The notes under the pieces: generated by a model
What the model was told of the DNA's origin: nothing
The model's input: the letters and a program-made list of their open reading frames with translations, nothing else
Databases searched by the model: none
NCBI GenBank assembly: GCA_964620905.1
Contig: CAZUKA010000002.1
Coordinates: 191,112-255,111, forward strand
DNA length: 64,000 nt
Direction of reading: 5' to 3'
From: an uncultured Gammaproteobacteria bacterium
GTDB taxonomy: Bacteria > Patescibacteriota > Patescibacteriia > S139-126
Program-made: the position numbers and the translations under genes
Part shown: positions 55,638 to 64,000 of the stretch, piece by piece
Layout: each line of letters starts with the position of its first letter
Numbering within the stretch: the first letter of the stretch is position 1

Positions 55638-56522
55638 ATGTGGTTTTGGCTAGTAATGGTTGCTTATGTTTTAAATGCGGTAGCAACCCTAATTTCCAAA
55701 CGTTTATTGATCACAACTATTCCTCATCCAGTAGTGTTTGTTTTTTATATAGGTGTACTAAATTTGTTGGCTTTAGTGTTATTACCATTTGGTTTTTATG
55801 TACCAACCATCGGGAAAATATTGCTAGCATTGTTATCAGGCAGTGCTTATGCCGCAGCCATGTATTATTTAGCTAAATCTTTGCAGATTGATCAGGCATC
55901 ACAGGTAGCACCAATGATTGGGGGGTTGCAACCAATTTTTGTGGTTTTATTTGCTTGGTGGTTTTTACCTGAAAAATTGACGCAAATACAATACTTAGGT
56001 ATAGCTTTTTTAATAATTGGTTCATTACTCATGGCGTTGGAGTTGGGGCGGCGACGTGTTTTTACTGAAAGTCTCAAATATATTTTTATTTCTAGTATTT
56101 TATTTGGCTTGTCTTATGCTTCACTAAAATTAGTATATTTACAACAAAATTTTGTCTCTGGTTTTGTTTGGACTAGATTTGGTACATTTATTTTTGTCAT
56201 GGTATTGATTCTATTGCCACACAACTGGTCAAAAGTTAGAGAAAATTTTAGACGCACTGGTGAAAAGGTAAAAGCCATGTTTGTAATTGGGCAAATTTTA
56301 GGAGCACTAAGTTTTTTACTAGTGTCAGGAGCAATATTTTTAGGTCCGGTTACTGTTATTAATGCCCTACAAGGGGTACAGTATGCAGTTTTGTTTATTT
56401 TTATTTTACTTCTAGCCAGAAAATACCCCTCGCTTTTGGATGAGCCGTTGCGGCGGCCAATTGTAGTACAAAAGATCGCGGCTATTTTGCTTTTGATATT
56501 AGGTTTGGCGTTAGTGATTTAA
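55638..56522 (+). CDS. EamA/DMT-family transporter
   Basis: 10 TM, two EamA-like halves. Confidence 0.6.
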   Translation: MWFWLVMVAYVLNAVATLISKRLLITTIPHPVVFVFYIGVLNLLALVLLPFGFYVPTIGKILLALLSGSAYAAAMYYLAKSLQIDQASQVAPMIGGLQPIFVVLFAWWFLPEKLTQIQYLGIAFLIIGSLLMALELGRRRVFTESLKYIFISSILFGLSYASLKLVYLQQNFVSGFVWTRFGTFIFVMVLILLPHNWSKVRENFRRTGEKVKAMFVIGQILGALSFLLVSGAIFLGPVTVINALQGVQYAVLFIFILLLARKYPSLLDEPLRRPIVVQKIAAILLLILGLALVI

Positions 56523-56564
56523 ATAAGTGTTTAGTATCAGGTATTAAGTAATTTATAATTTTTC

Positions 56565-57569
56565 TTGTTTGTGCTTAAAATTTTTAAAAAATCATTTCGG
56601 TTAGTGGTTGTAAGTTTAGTAATTTTTATTATTGGTTATTTTTTTATGAAAGACTTTTCTTTTAATAAAATAAATTGGGGGGTCACCTTTTCTCAACTAT
56701 ATGCCAAAGAACTGGGGTTGGATTGGCGTCAGGCATATTTAGCAATTCTTGATGATTTGCAGGTAAAAAACTTACGATTGGTAGTTTATTGGTCAAACGT
56801 TGAGACTACAATGGGAGAATTTGATTTTACTGAAGTTGATTGGCAAATTGTCGAAGCACAGAAAAGAGGTGCAAGCGTAGTTTTGGCTATTGGTGAGCGC
56901 GTACCGCGCTGGCCCGAGTGTCATACCCCTCCGTGGGCTACAAAAATTTCACCAGAGGAAAAAGAAAAAAGAATAGAGGTTTTGTATGAAGAAACAGTTA
57001 AACATTTTCGGATTTATTCAAATATTGTTATGTGGCAGGTGGCCAACGAGCCATTTTTGAAAAGTTTTGGTAAATGTGGCGAGGTTACTTCTGATCAGGT
57101 AGCTAAATATATAAAGATTATCAAAGACAATGACAGTAAAGATCGCCCCATTATGCTCACTGAATCAGGTGAACTATCAACTTGGGTACAAAGTGCTAAA
57201 CTGGCAGAAGTAATAGGTAGTTCATTGTATCGTACGGTTTGGAACAAATATTTTGGATATTGGAGCTATCCTTGGCCGCCGGCTTATTATCGTTGGCACG
57301 CTGATTTAATAAAGAAATTTTTTCCGGTTAAACGAGTGATTATTTCCGAATTGCAAGCCGAACCATGGCCACCGGGTAAACACATTGTAAATACTTCACT
57401 TGACGATCAGTTTAAATCGTTTGATTTAAAACGTTTGCAAAAAAATATCAATTATACCAAAAAAACCGGCTTTGACGAGGTTTATTTTTGGGGAGCAGAG
57501 TGGTGGTACTATATGAAAGAAAAACAAAACCATCCTGAGTTTTGGTTGGAAGTAAGAAAACTCAAATAA
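56565..57569 (+). CDS. membrane-anchored TIM-barrel glycoside hydrolase-like protein (GH5-like)
   Basis: N-terminal TM; WQVANEP NEP-type acid/base motif and downstream SELQ nucleophile candidate. Confidence 0.45.
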   Translation: MFVLKIFKKSFRLVVVSLVIFIIGYFFMKDFSFNKINWGVTFSQLYAKELGLDWRQAYLAILDDLQVKNLRLVVYWSNVETTMGEFDFTEVDWQIVEAQKRGASVVLAIGERVPRWPECHTPPWATKISPEEKEKRIEVLYEETVKHFRIYSNIVMWQVANEPFLKSFGKCGEVTSDQVAKYIKIIKDNDSKDRPIMLTESGELSTWVQSAKLAEVIGSSLYRTVWNKYFGYWSYPWPPAYYRWHADLIKKFFPVKRVIISELQAEPWPPGKHIVNTSLDDQFKSFDLKRLQKNINYTKKTGFDEVYFWGAEWWYYMKEKQNHPEFWLEVRKLK

Positions 57570-57579
57570 TTAAAAGATT

Positions 57580-59904
57580 ATGAAGAAGAGTTATTTAAAG
57601 ATTTTTATAGGATTTCTAAGTATTTTTGTTTTGGTTTTTGTTGGAATCGTGATTATAAAGAGTATAAATTCTTCTATAGTTTATAGAAAAATTGACTCAA
57701 TTGCTAGAAATGATGGCACAAGTTTATTTACCCTACATTCACCAGCAGTATATAATAATGCTTTAGAGATTGTACGTGATAACGTTCGATTATCTATAAA
57801 ACCTTTGCAAGCATTTGCCGGGGAAAGAAAAATTTTAAGTGATAAACAAAAAATATTAATTCAGTATATTGATACTTACCCGCAAGTTGATGTCTTACAA
57901 ACCGTAGGTGTTGATGATTTAAAAGAAGATTTATTATTAAAATCACCTGGTCATCCCTTAGTATTTAAGTATGAAATCAATGCAGATGATTTTTTATGGG
58001 AAATTGATATTAATGGCGATATATTATTTAAGAATAAAGCAAAAAACGATAGGTTTAGTATTGTAAAGCAAGAAAGTGGTTATATAACTGCTGAAAACAT
58101 TATTGATTATAATGATGGTCATCAGATTATGTTTAAAATCCCAGCTCCTTTTATGGTAGATGATAATGGAGTGAAATCAGACACAAGTGATGTAGTAGTG
58201 GAAATTGATAACAATAACCTAATTTTAAGAATCAACGAAGAGTGGTTAAAAAATCACAAATATCCAATTCGTTTAGATCCCACTGTACAGACACCAGAAA
58301 TTGAAAAAGAAAGTATAGAATTTGGTGACAAAAATTCACCAACTCTTGATCCCCAAGTAAAATTAGGCAGGTGGGGTAGCGAGACTTATGTGTCTTTATC
58401 TTATGAATTATCAGGTAAAGTAGATGTGAGTTTAGCCAATAACACTCTTAATTTTAGTAATAATGGACAAGTAGAGGTGGAAATCTATAATAAAGAGCCA
58501 GAGATAATAAATCAAGATTCAGATTCTCAGTATATTCTCAATAAAGATGGAGGAATAGAATTTGATTTGATTTTAAAAACTGTTCCCGCTACAAATATAT
58601 TCAATTATCAACTTGATACCGAGGGTTTAGTATTTTATTATCAACCAGAAATTTCTGATCAAGTAGCTCAAGAGGTTTTGAATAGATATGAAAAAATGAA
58701 AAAATCAGTAAAACCGGTAAACTATACTGATAATGAGTGGCAGACAAGACTTGCAGATTTTCCACAAAATTTAATTGAAGTAAAACGTCAGATGAGACCA
58801 GAAGATATAGTTGGGTCATACGCAGTTTATCATCAGGAAAAAAGTGGTGACTTTACGCAGTTAGGAGGAAAAAATTATCGCAGTGGTAAAGCTTTTCATA
58901 TCTATCGGCCAAAAGTATATGATGCAAGTGGAGATTGGATTTATGCAGATTTAAAAATAGATAATTTCCAGAAGATACTTTCAGTAACAGTCAATCAAAA
59001 CTGGTTGGAGAAAGCTACATATCCTGTTAGGATAGATCCTAACTTTGGGTACGAAACAGTAGGAAGAAGTAGCATAAATGCGTACTATATAGCTGGGGCA
59101 CCTTATAGTTCAGGTGGTTCAGGAACGGTTAGTTCAATTAGTGCATATATGAGTGCTAATGATAGTGCTGCCGCAGGTTTTGCTATCTATGATAGTGATA
59201 AATATTATGTTGGGTCCGCAGCTGTTGGTTCAGTTACCAGCGGTTGGAATAGTGCTTATCCGTCAGATGAACCAGATCCAAGTGTGGGCGATGCTACTTA
59301 TTGGTTATATTTATGGCAACTAGAAAATTCAAGAGATGAGTTTTTTTATGATACTGGTGGTTCTGATCATAATTTAGTATATAATACATATCCGCTTTTT
59401 AATAAAGGTGTGCCAAGTGAATGGCCAAGTAGATTAAGAAGTGAAGATTTTGAAACAAATTGCGCATTTATAGCTTGTTTTGAAGCATTTAAATTTTCTG
59501 TTTATGCTACATACGGTTCTCTTGTGCCAGAGATTATTTCGGTTACTGATAGTCCGGATCCAGTAAATGTTGGTAGCAATATTAATTTTGAAGTTAATTG
59601 GAATGCAGATGATAGTACGACTGGCGAAGCATATGTATGCACTACTAATAGTTTTAATTCATCTGCTCTGGAATGTAATGATAGTAGCTGGGGTTCAGGC
59701 AGTTCGGTATCAACACCAATTACAATAGGATATAATACGCAAAGTTATGATATTGGTATAAATGATTATTATGTATTTCTCTGTATTGGAGCTGATAATT
59801 GCACAAATAGTAAAAGTGGAGATTTTACAGTCCAACCTAAATCAACCTTAGATGTTGAAGGCATATATAATTTTCAAGGACAAGTGAATATTTCAGCTCA
59901 ATAG
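57580..59904 (+). CDS. large membrane-anchored cell-surface protein (774 aa) with internal YP[IV]R[LI]DP repeats and Cys-rich C-terminal domain
   Basis: N-terminal TM; repeated KYPIRLDP and TYPVRIDP modules. Confidence 0.4.
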   Translation: MKKSYLKIFIGFLSIFVLVFVGIVIIKSINSSIVYRKIDSIARNDGTSLFTLHSPAVYNNALEIVRDNVRLSIKPLQAFAGERKILSDKQKILIQYIDTYPQVDVLQTVGVDDLKEDLLLKSPGHPLVFKYEINADDFLWEIDINGDILFKNKAKNDRFSIVKQESGYITAENIIDYNDGHQIMFKIPAPFMVDDNGVKSDTSDVVVEIDNNNLILRINEEWLKNHKYPIRLDPTVQTPEIEKESIEFGDKNSPTLDPQVKLGRWGSETYVSLSYELSGKVDVSLANNTLNFSNNGQVEVEIYNKEPEIINQDSDSQYILNKDGGIEFDLILKTVPATNIFNYQLDTEGLVFYYQPEISDQVAQEVLNRYEKMKKSVKPVNYTDNEWQTRLADFPQNLIEVKRQMRPEDIVGSYAVYHQEKSGDFTQLGGKNYRSGKAFHIYRPKVYDASGDWIYADLKIDNFQKILSVTVNQNWLEKATYPVRIDPNFGYETVGRSSINAYYIAGAPYSSGGSGTVSSISAYMSANDSAAAGFAIYDSDKYYVGSAAVGSVTSGWNSAYPSDEPDPSVGDATYWLYLWQLENSRDEFFYDTGGSDHNLVYNTYPLFNKGVPSEWPSRLRSEDFETNCAFIACFEAFKFSVYATYGSLVPEIISVTDSPDPVNVGSNINFEVNWNADDSTTGEAYVCTTNSFNSSALECNDSSWGSGSSVSTPITIGYNTQSYDIGINDYYVFLCIGADNCTNSKSGDFTVQPKSTLDVEGIYNFQGQVNISAQ

Positions 59905-59917
59905 TATTATATATCAT

Positions 59918-59947
59918 AAAAAATGGCTAATTTTAGCCATTTTTTTG
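59918..59947 (+). terminator. intrinsic terminator after the 774-aa surface protein gene
   Basis: AAAAATGGCTAA-tt-TTAGCCATTTTTTT; shares the 14-mer GGCTAATTTTAGCC with 32503-32516. Confidence 0.6.
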
Positions 59948-60159
59948 TATCCTTGAACAAATAATTTATCCACAAGTAAAATATTTGGTTTTAAGGTGCA
60001 TTTTATGTTATAATTTAGATGAAGAATTGGTTTTTCAGATTTTTAGTGCATAGTCGATTAAATAAATAAATTTACAAAATTATTTTATTATAACCTGCCA
60101 AAATTAGGCAGGAAAAAATGTAAAAAAAATCAATCTCGACCCTCGAGATATTATAAAAA

Positions 60160-60633
60160 ATGAAAAATTCAAATAATAAAATTGTACCGGAAAGTAAGTA
60201 TATAACACTCAAACAAGCAGCTGAAATTTCGGGTTATTCGTCTGATTATATAGGTCAGCTTATCAGGCAGGGTAAAATAGACGGTAAACAGATTTATTTT
60301 AATGTTGCTTGGGTGACTACTGAAGAAGAAATTCATAAATATCTGGGTTTGAAAAACCAAGGCAAAAACCCCAGCTCCTGGCGTGGGGTTTATTTGCGTT
60401 TTAAACATCAAATCTCTGATTGGTTGTTTGGTTTCAGCCCAACTTTGATTGTAAAATCTTTTTTTTATTCTTTTGTTTTTTTGCTATTGGTAATTGGCTC
60501 TCTTCTATTTATTCTCAATATAAATAGTGATGAACAAATAAAATTGTCCTCGCCTGATATTCGGCGGGTAGTTGAATATGATCAAAACAACAAAAAAATT
60601 ATTCAAATAACAGATTTACCATATGTACCATAG
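60160..60633 (+). CDS. membrane-anchored HTH protein (excisionase/MerR-like HTH plus TM)
   Basis: ITLKQAAEISGYSSDYIGQLIRQGKIDG helix-turn-helix; one TM at residues about 95-118. Confidence 0.4.
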   Translation: MKNSNNKIVPESKYITLKQAAEISGYSSDYIGQLIRQGKIDGKQIYFNVAWVTTEEEIHKYLGLKNQGKNPSSWRGVYLRFKHQISDWLFGFSPTLIVKSFFYSFVFLLLVIGSLLFILNINSDEQIKLSSPDIRRVVEYDQNNKKIIQITDLPYVP

Positions 60634-60692
60634 AAAATCAAAAATAATTTATTTTGAATTTTGATTTTTGAATTATACCTTTTATTTTCCCC

Positions 60693-63600
60693 ATGCCTGT
60701 CAAAACAAAAATCATGCCATTGGTAAAAAGTGTGTTTAAACGCGCGATTTTTGTATTATTAGGACTTATAATAATAAATTTTATTTATTTAGCGGGTAAA
60801 ATAGTTTATACCGCTTCAGCCCAAGGGGTACCGAATTTAATTTCTTATCAAGGTAGGTTGTATGATACTAGTGGAAATTTATTGGGTGGAGCAGGAACAA
60901 ATTATTATTTTAGATTTTCTATTTATGATGCCGCTAGTGGTGGCACAAAATTGTGGCCAGCTGGCACACCCTCCACGATGACTTATCAAGTCAGGTATGG
61001 TGTGTTCAATGCTCAAGTAGGTGATACTAATGCTGGCGGAGATGCTTTAACTTTGGATTTTAATGATGATACATATTTTTTACAGGTTGAGGTAGCATCA
61101 CTTGCAAATTTTTCTGATGGTGAAACTTTGTCGCCCCGGCAGCGCATCACGAGCGCGGGGTATGCGAAAAATGCTGATATGGTTGATGGGTATCATGCTT
61201 CCACAACACCAACAGCCAATCAGGTTGTTGCGCTTGATGGTTCGGGGAATTTGAGTTTTGGTACTTCCAATCCAGTGATTCAAGCAAGCAACGGTTTATC
61301 TTTGCAAACTACAGTAGCTGGAGATATCAATCTAACGCCCGCAGCTGGACAAGTAAAAATAGTCTCGGCTACCACTACTCAGCTGACAATTGGTTATGAT
61401 ACAAACAATCGGTTGGATGTGAAGGTTTCATCTGCAGGCGCAGTCACATTTGATGCGGTGGGTAGCGGGGCCGAACTGATTGCCAGTGATAATTTTACGG
61501 TGCAGGGACAAATTTTTGTATCAGGGACCGCTACCTCAACTATTGCTGGTGATGTAAATTTTGATGCTGGCACCTTATATGTTGATTCGGTTAATAACCG
61601 GGTAGGAATAGGTATTACTTCACCGGCACATACTTTATCCGTCAATGGAACAACCAATATTTCTGGCGCAGTTACTTTGCAGAGTACTTTGAATGTCACA
61701 GGTAATACTACCTTAGCCAATACTTCATCTACCAATCTTACTGTCACCAACAATTCTTACTTCAACACCATCACTGCTACCGGTCAGACTGTATTAGCTA
61801 ATGCCTCAACCACCAATCTCACTGTCAGTAGTGATGCTTATATTGGAACGGTAAGATCAGGTACTTGGAATGGTTCAATCATTTCTCCTACCTATGGTGG
61901 TCTAGGATTTAATGCTTCCAGTGTGCAAAAAGGAGGAATAATTGCTGGCACTGGTGCCGGCACATTTGGTATTTTGGCAGTTGGCAATAATGGTCTTTGT
62001 TTGATTGCTTCTTCCACTGCAGCAAATGGTGTTGCTTGGTCTGATTGTGCCACTGCTTCAGGTGCCATCACCAATTTAAACGGACTGTCAGTTTCCTCCC
62101 AAGATTTCGCTACTTCTACCAGTGGTGGTCTTGATTTGTTTATTACTTCAGTTGGTTCCACTCATACTTTTACTTTACAGCCAGCTAGTGGTTATAGTGT
62201 TCCACTTTCAGCATCGACTACCGAATGGGCAGGATTTTATGCTACTCCATCAACCAGAATTAGTGCTGGTACGGGTCTTAGTTGGAGCGGCAATACCTTG
62301 AATGCTGCAAATGCATTTACAGGAAGTGGGACTAATGGTTATGTTGCCAGATGGGCCTCATCTACCGGACTGACTACTGGTATATTAGTTGACAATGGTA
62401 CAGTAGCCGGAGTGAATGCGACTTCATCTGACTATACTTTCAATATTCAAGGTTCAAGTGGAGTAAACCCATTTAACGTTGCTTCATCTACTGGTGATTC
62501 GTTATTTAATATCAATCAGATTGGCATGGTAAGTATAATGGGTGATGTTGGCATTGGCACAACTACACCATACAATCCTGATGGTTGGAATAGAGTTTTG
62601 GATGTTTCTGGAGGTTATCATTCAAAAATTATAACTACTGTTCAAGATGGAAATATTCAAGGTGGGATATACTCACATCATCTTGGTTATTTTGGAGCAC
62701 CTACTGGAACTATGATGGGTACTTATACTGACCACCCGTTGTCACTAATTACAAATTCACTGGCCAGAATGATTATTAGTAATACTGGCAATGTCGGTAT
62801 CGGTACAACTACTCCGGCACAAACTCTGGCAGTAGCAGGTAGTTTCCGAGCAACTGGTGCATTTTTTGATAGCTCCAATGCTTCGGGTACAACTGGTATG
62901 CTGTTGCAGACTACTGGTACTGGTACCCAGTGGGTAACAACTTCATCACTCGGTATTGTGAGTGGGGTATCATCAGTGACTGCCGGTGACGGACTGGGAC
63001 AGGATTCAACTACTGGTAATCTTACTGTTTATGTTAAACCAGGCACGGGTATTACTACTTCATCAGATCAGATCAGTGTAGACACCAATGCACAACTTAC
63101 TTGGACTGGTACGCAAACTTTTGCCAATGTATCATCAACCAATCTGACAGTTGCCACTGACACTTATTTAAACACTCTTAGAACGAGCGGGGCGATTCTT
63201 GCTTCTTCTACGCTTGGTGTCAGTGGGGCAGTTATTTTGCATTCTACTTTGAATGTTCAAGGACAAACTAGCTTGGTCAGTGTTTCCAGTACAAATTTGA
63301 CAGTGAGCAGCAATACTTATCTTGCCAGTCTCAATGTATCTGGTGCAGCTAATTTTAATTCTACTCTTGATGTTCAAGGACAAACAACACTTGCCAACGC
63401 TTCCAGTACAAATTTAACCGTAACTTCCAATGCTTACTTCAACACCATCTCTGCCACCGGTCAGATTTCTTTAGCTAACACTTCATCAACCAACCTCACG
63501 GTTTCCAATAACTCATATTTCAATACCCTTACTGCTACCGGTCAAACCATTTTAGCTAACGCGTCCTCAACCAATTTTACTGTTTCAGGAAATTCTTATT

Positions 63601-64000
63601 TGGGTACAGTTATGCAAGGTACCTGGCAGGGCAGTGTTATTGCTCCGACTTATGGTGGTCTAGGATTTAATGCTTCCAGTGTTGCAACTGGTGGTCTGAT
63701 TACCGGTACTGGTGCCGGCACCTTTGGTATTTTGGCAGTTGGTAATAATGGTTTTTGTCTCACTGCTTCATCTACTGCGTCAAACGGAGTTGCTTGGTCT
63801 GATTGTGTTACCGCTTCCGGTGCCATCACTTCTTTAAATGGATTGACCGCTACTACTCAAACCTTTGCTACTTCTACTAGCGGTGGATTAGAACTAAATA
63901 TCACTTCTACCGGTTCGGTTCATACCTTTGCTCTGCAACCAGCCAGTGGTTATACCGTGCCACTTTCAGCATCAACTACCGAGTGGTCAAATTTTTATGT
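60693..64000 (+). CDS. giant repetitive cell-surface protein (tail-fibre-like Ser/Thr/Gly-rich repeats), 3' end beyond window
   Basis: ATG at 60693 with N-terminal TM; no in-frame stop through nt 64000 on manual translation (>1100 aa); four short minus-strand ORFs overlap it; repeated NxSSTNLTV, GNVGIGTTTP and QGTWxGSxIxPTYGGLG motifs. Confidence 0.6.
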   Translation, partial: MPVKTKIMPLVKSVFKRAIFVLLGLIIINFIYLAGKIVYTASAQGVPNLISYQGRLYDTSGNLLGGAGTNYYFRFSIYDAASGGTKLWPAGTPSTMTYQVRYGVFNAQVGDTNAGGDALTLDFNDDTYFLQVEVASLANFSDGETLSPRQRITSAGYAKNADMVDGYHASTTPTANQVVALDGSGNLSFGTSNPVIQASNGLSLQTTVAGDINLTPAAGQVKIVSATTTQLTIGYDTNNRLDVKVSSAGAVTFDAVGSGAELIASDNFTVQGQIFVSGTATSTIAGDVNFDAGTLYVDSVNNRVGIGITSPAHTLSVNGTTNISGAVTLQSTLNVTGNTTLANTSSTNLTVTNNSYFNTITATGQTVLANASTTNLTVSSDAYIGTVRSGTWNGSIISPTYGGLGFNASSVQKGGIIAGTGAGTFGILAVGNNGLCLIASSTAANGVAWSDCATASGAITNLNGLSVSSQDFATSTSGGLDLFITSVGSTHTFTLQPASGYSVPLSASTTEWAGFYATPSTRISAGTGLSWSGNTLNAANAFTGSGTNGYVARWASSTGLTTGILVDNGTVAGVNATSSDYTFNIQGSSGVNPFNVASSTGDSLFNINQIGMVSIMGDVGIGTTTPYNPDGWNRVLDVSGGYHSKIITTVQDGNIQGGIYSHHLGYFGAPTGTMMGTYTDHPLSLITNSLARMIISNTGNVGIGTTTPAQTLAVAGSFRATGAFFDSSNASGTTGMLLQTTGTGTQWVTTSSLGIVSGVSSVTAGDGLGQDSTTGNLTVYVKPGTGITTSSDQISVDTNAQLTWTGTQTFANVSSTNLTVATDTYLNTLRTSGAILASSTLGVSGAVILHSTLNVQGQTSLVSVSSTNLTVSSNTYLASLNVSGAANFNSTLDVQGQTTLANASSTNLTVTSNAYFNTISATGQISLANTSSTNLTVSNNSYFNTLTATGQTILANASSTNFTVSGNSYLGTVMQGTWQGSVIAPTYGGLGFNASSVATGGLITGTGAGTFGILAVGNNGFCLTASSTASNGVAWSDCVTASGAITSLNGLTATTQTFATSTSGGLELNITSTGSVHTFALQPASGYTVPLSASTTEWSNFY
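61741..62240 (+). repeat. intragenic duplicated module A of the giant surface protein
   Basis: About 80% nucleotide identity to 63421-64000 (TGQTVLANASTTNLTV...SASTTEWAGFY vs TGQTILANASSTNFTV...SASTTEWSNFY). Confidence 0.6.
63421..64000 (+). repeat. intragenic duplicated module A' of the giant surface protein
   Basis: Second copy about 1.7 kb downstream, continues past window end. Confidence 0.6.

Noticed and set aside
60104-60122. Hairpin CCTGCC-aaaatta-GGCAGG upstream of the HTH-TM gene as a terminator
   Set aside because: It is followed by an A-run rather than a U-run on the + strand, and the order is wrong for the minus strand. Not a terminator; possibly a regulatory site, mentioned under the surface cluster.
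41433-63383. Shadow ORFs 41433-41630, 44435-44635, 45482-45964, 46516-46716, 47846-48028, 50234-50599, 52466-52666, 53959-54623 (four), 55640-56077 (two), 58601-58819, 60169-60411, 61098-63383 (four)
   Set aside because: Contained in or antisense to supported genes. The four at 61098-63383 are explained by the open + strand frame of the giant surface protein.

Overview
AT-rich (about 35% GC) window read in the standard genetic code, most consistent with a small-genome Patescibacteria/CPR bacterium. The spc ribosomal cluster runs S5 directly into L15 with no L30, map is followed by ruvX rather than infA-rpmJ-rpsM, DUF5671, DUF192 and pilin-like membrane proteins are present, and few genes have Shine-Dalgarno sequences. 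Gene content in order: rplP-rpmC-rpsQ-rplN-rplX-rplE-rpsZ-rpsH-rplF-rplR-rpsE-rplO-secY-adk-map-ruvX; a WecA-like transferase and rplU; recR-ybaB-dnaB on the minus strand; a HAD/class-II-aldolase fusion; cation transporters (NhaD/ArsB-like permease, Ca-type P-ATPase, CaCA exchanger, ZupT); a zur-zupT locus; asnS and a GAD-less aspS; scpAB, dacA-like, tpiA, fba; a tRNA cluster (Thr-Tyr-Thr, rpmG, Trp); murB, a pterin dehydratase, hup; a complete suf operon (Rrf2 regulator-sufCBDSU); a lexA...dinB SOS cassette; and a cell-surface cluster (GH5-like hydrolase, a 774-aa surface protein, an HTH-TM protein, and a >1100-aa repetitive surface protein running off the 3' end). Six tRNAs and a 51-aa L33 gene are not in the ORF track. 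Main hunt results: (1) a 35-aa hydrophobic peptide gene with a perfect TTGACA-17-TATAAT promoter and its own terminator, standing alone in a 580-bp intergenic region with long inverted repeats; (2) three repressor genes (zur, lexA, Rrf2-suf) each carrying a perfect palindrome over its core promoter, giving candidate Zur, LexA and Rrf2 operators for this lineage; (3) a MITE-like dispersed AT-rich palindromic repeat family with two long copies and many shorter word-sharing copies; (4) a candidate ~90-nt structured sRNA convergent with lexA; (5) a giant surface protein with a duplicated module of at least 0.55 kb. All coordinates were anchored to ORF-track boundaries; nothing was searched against databases.
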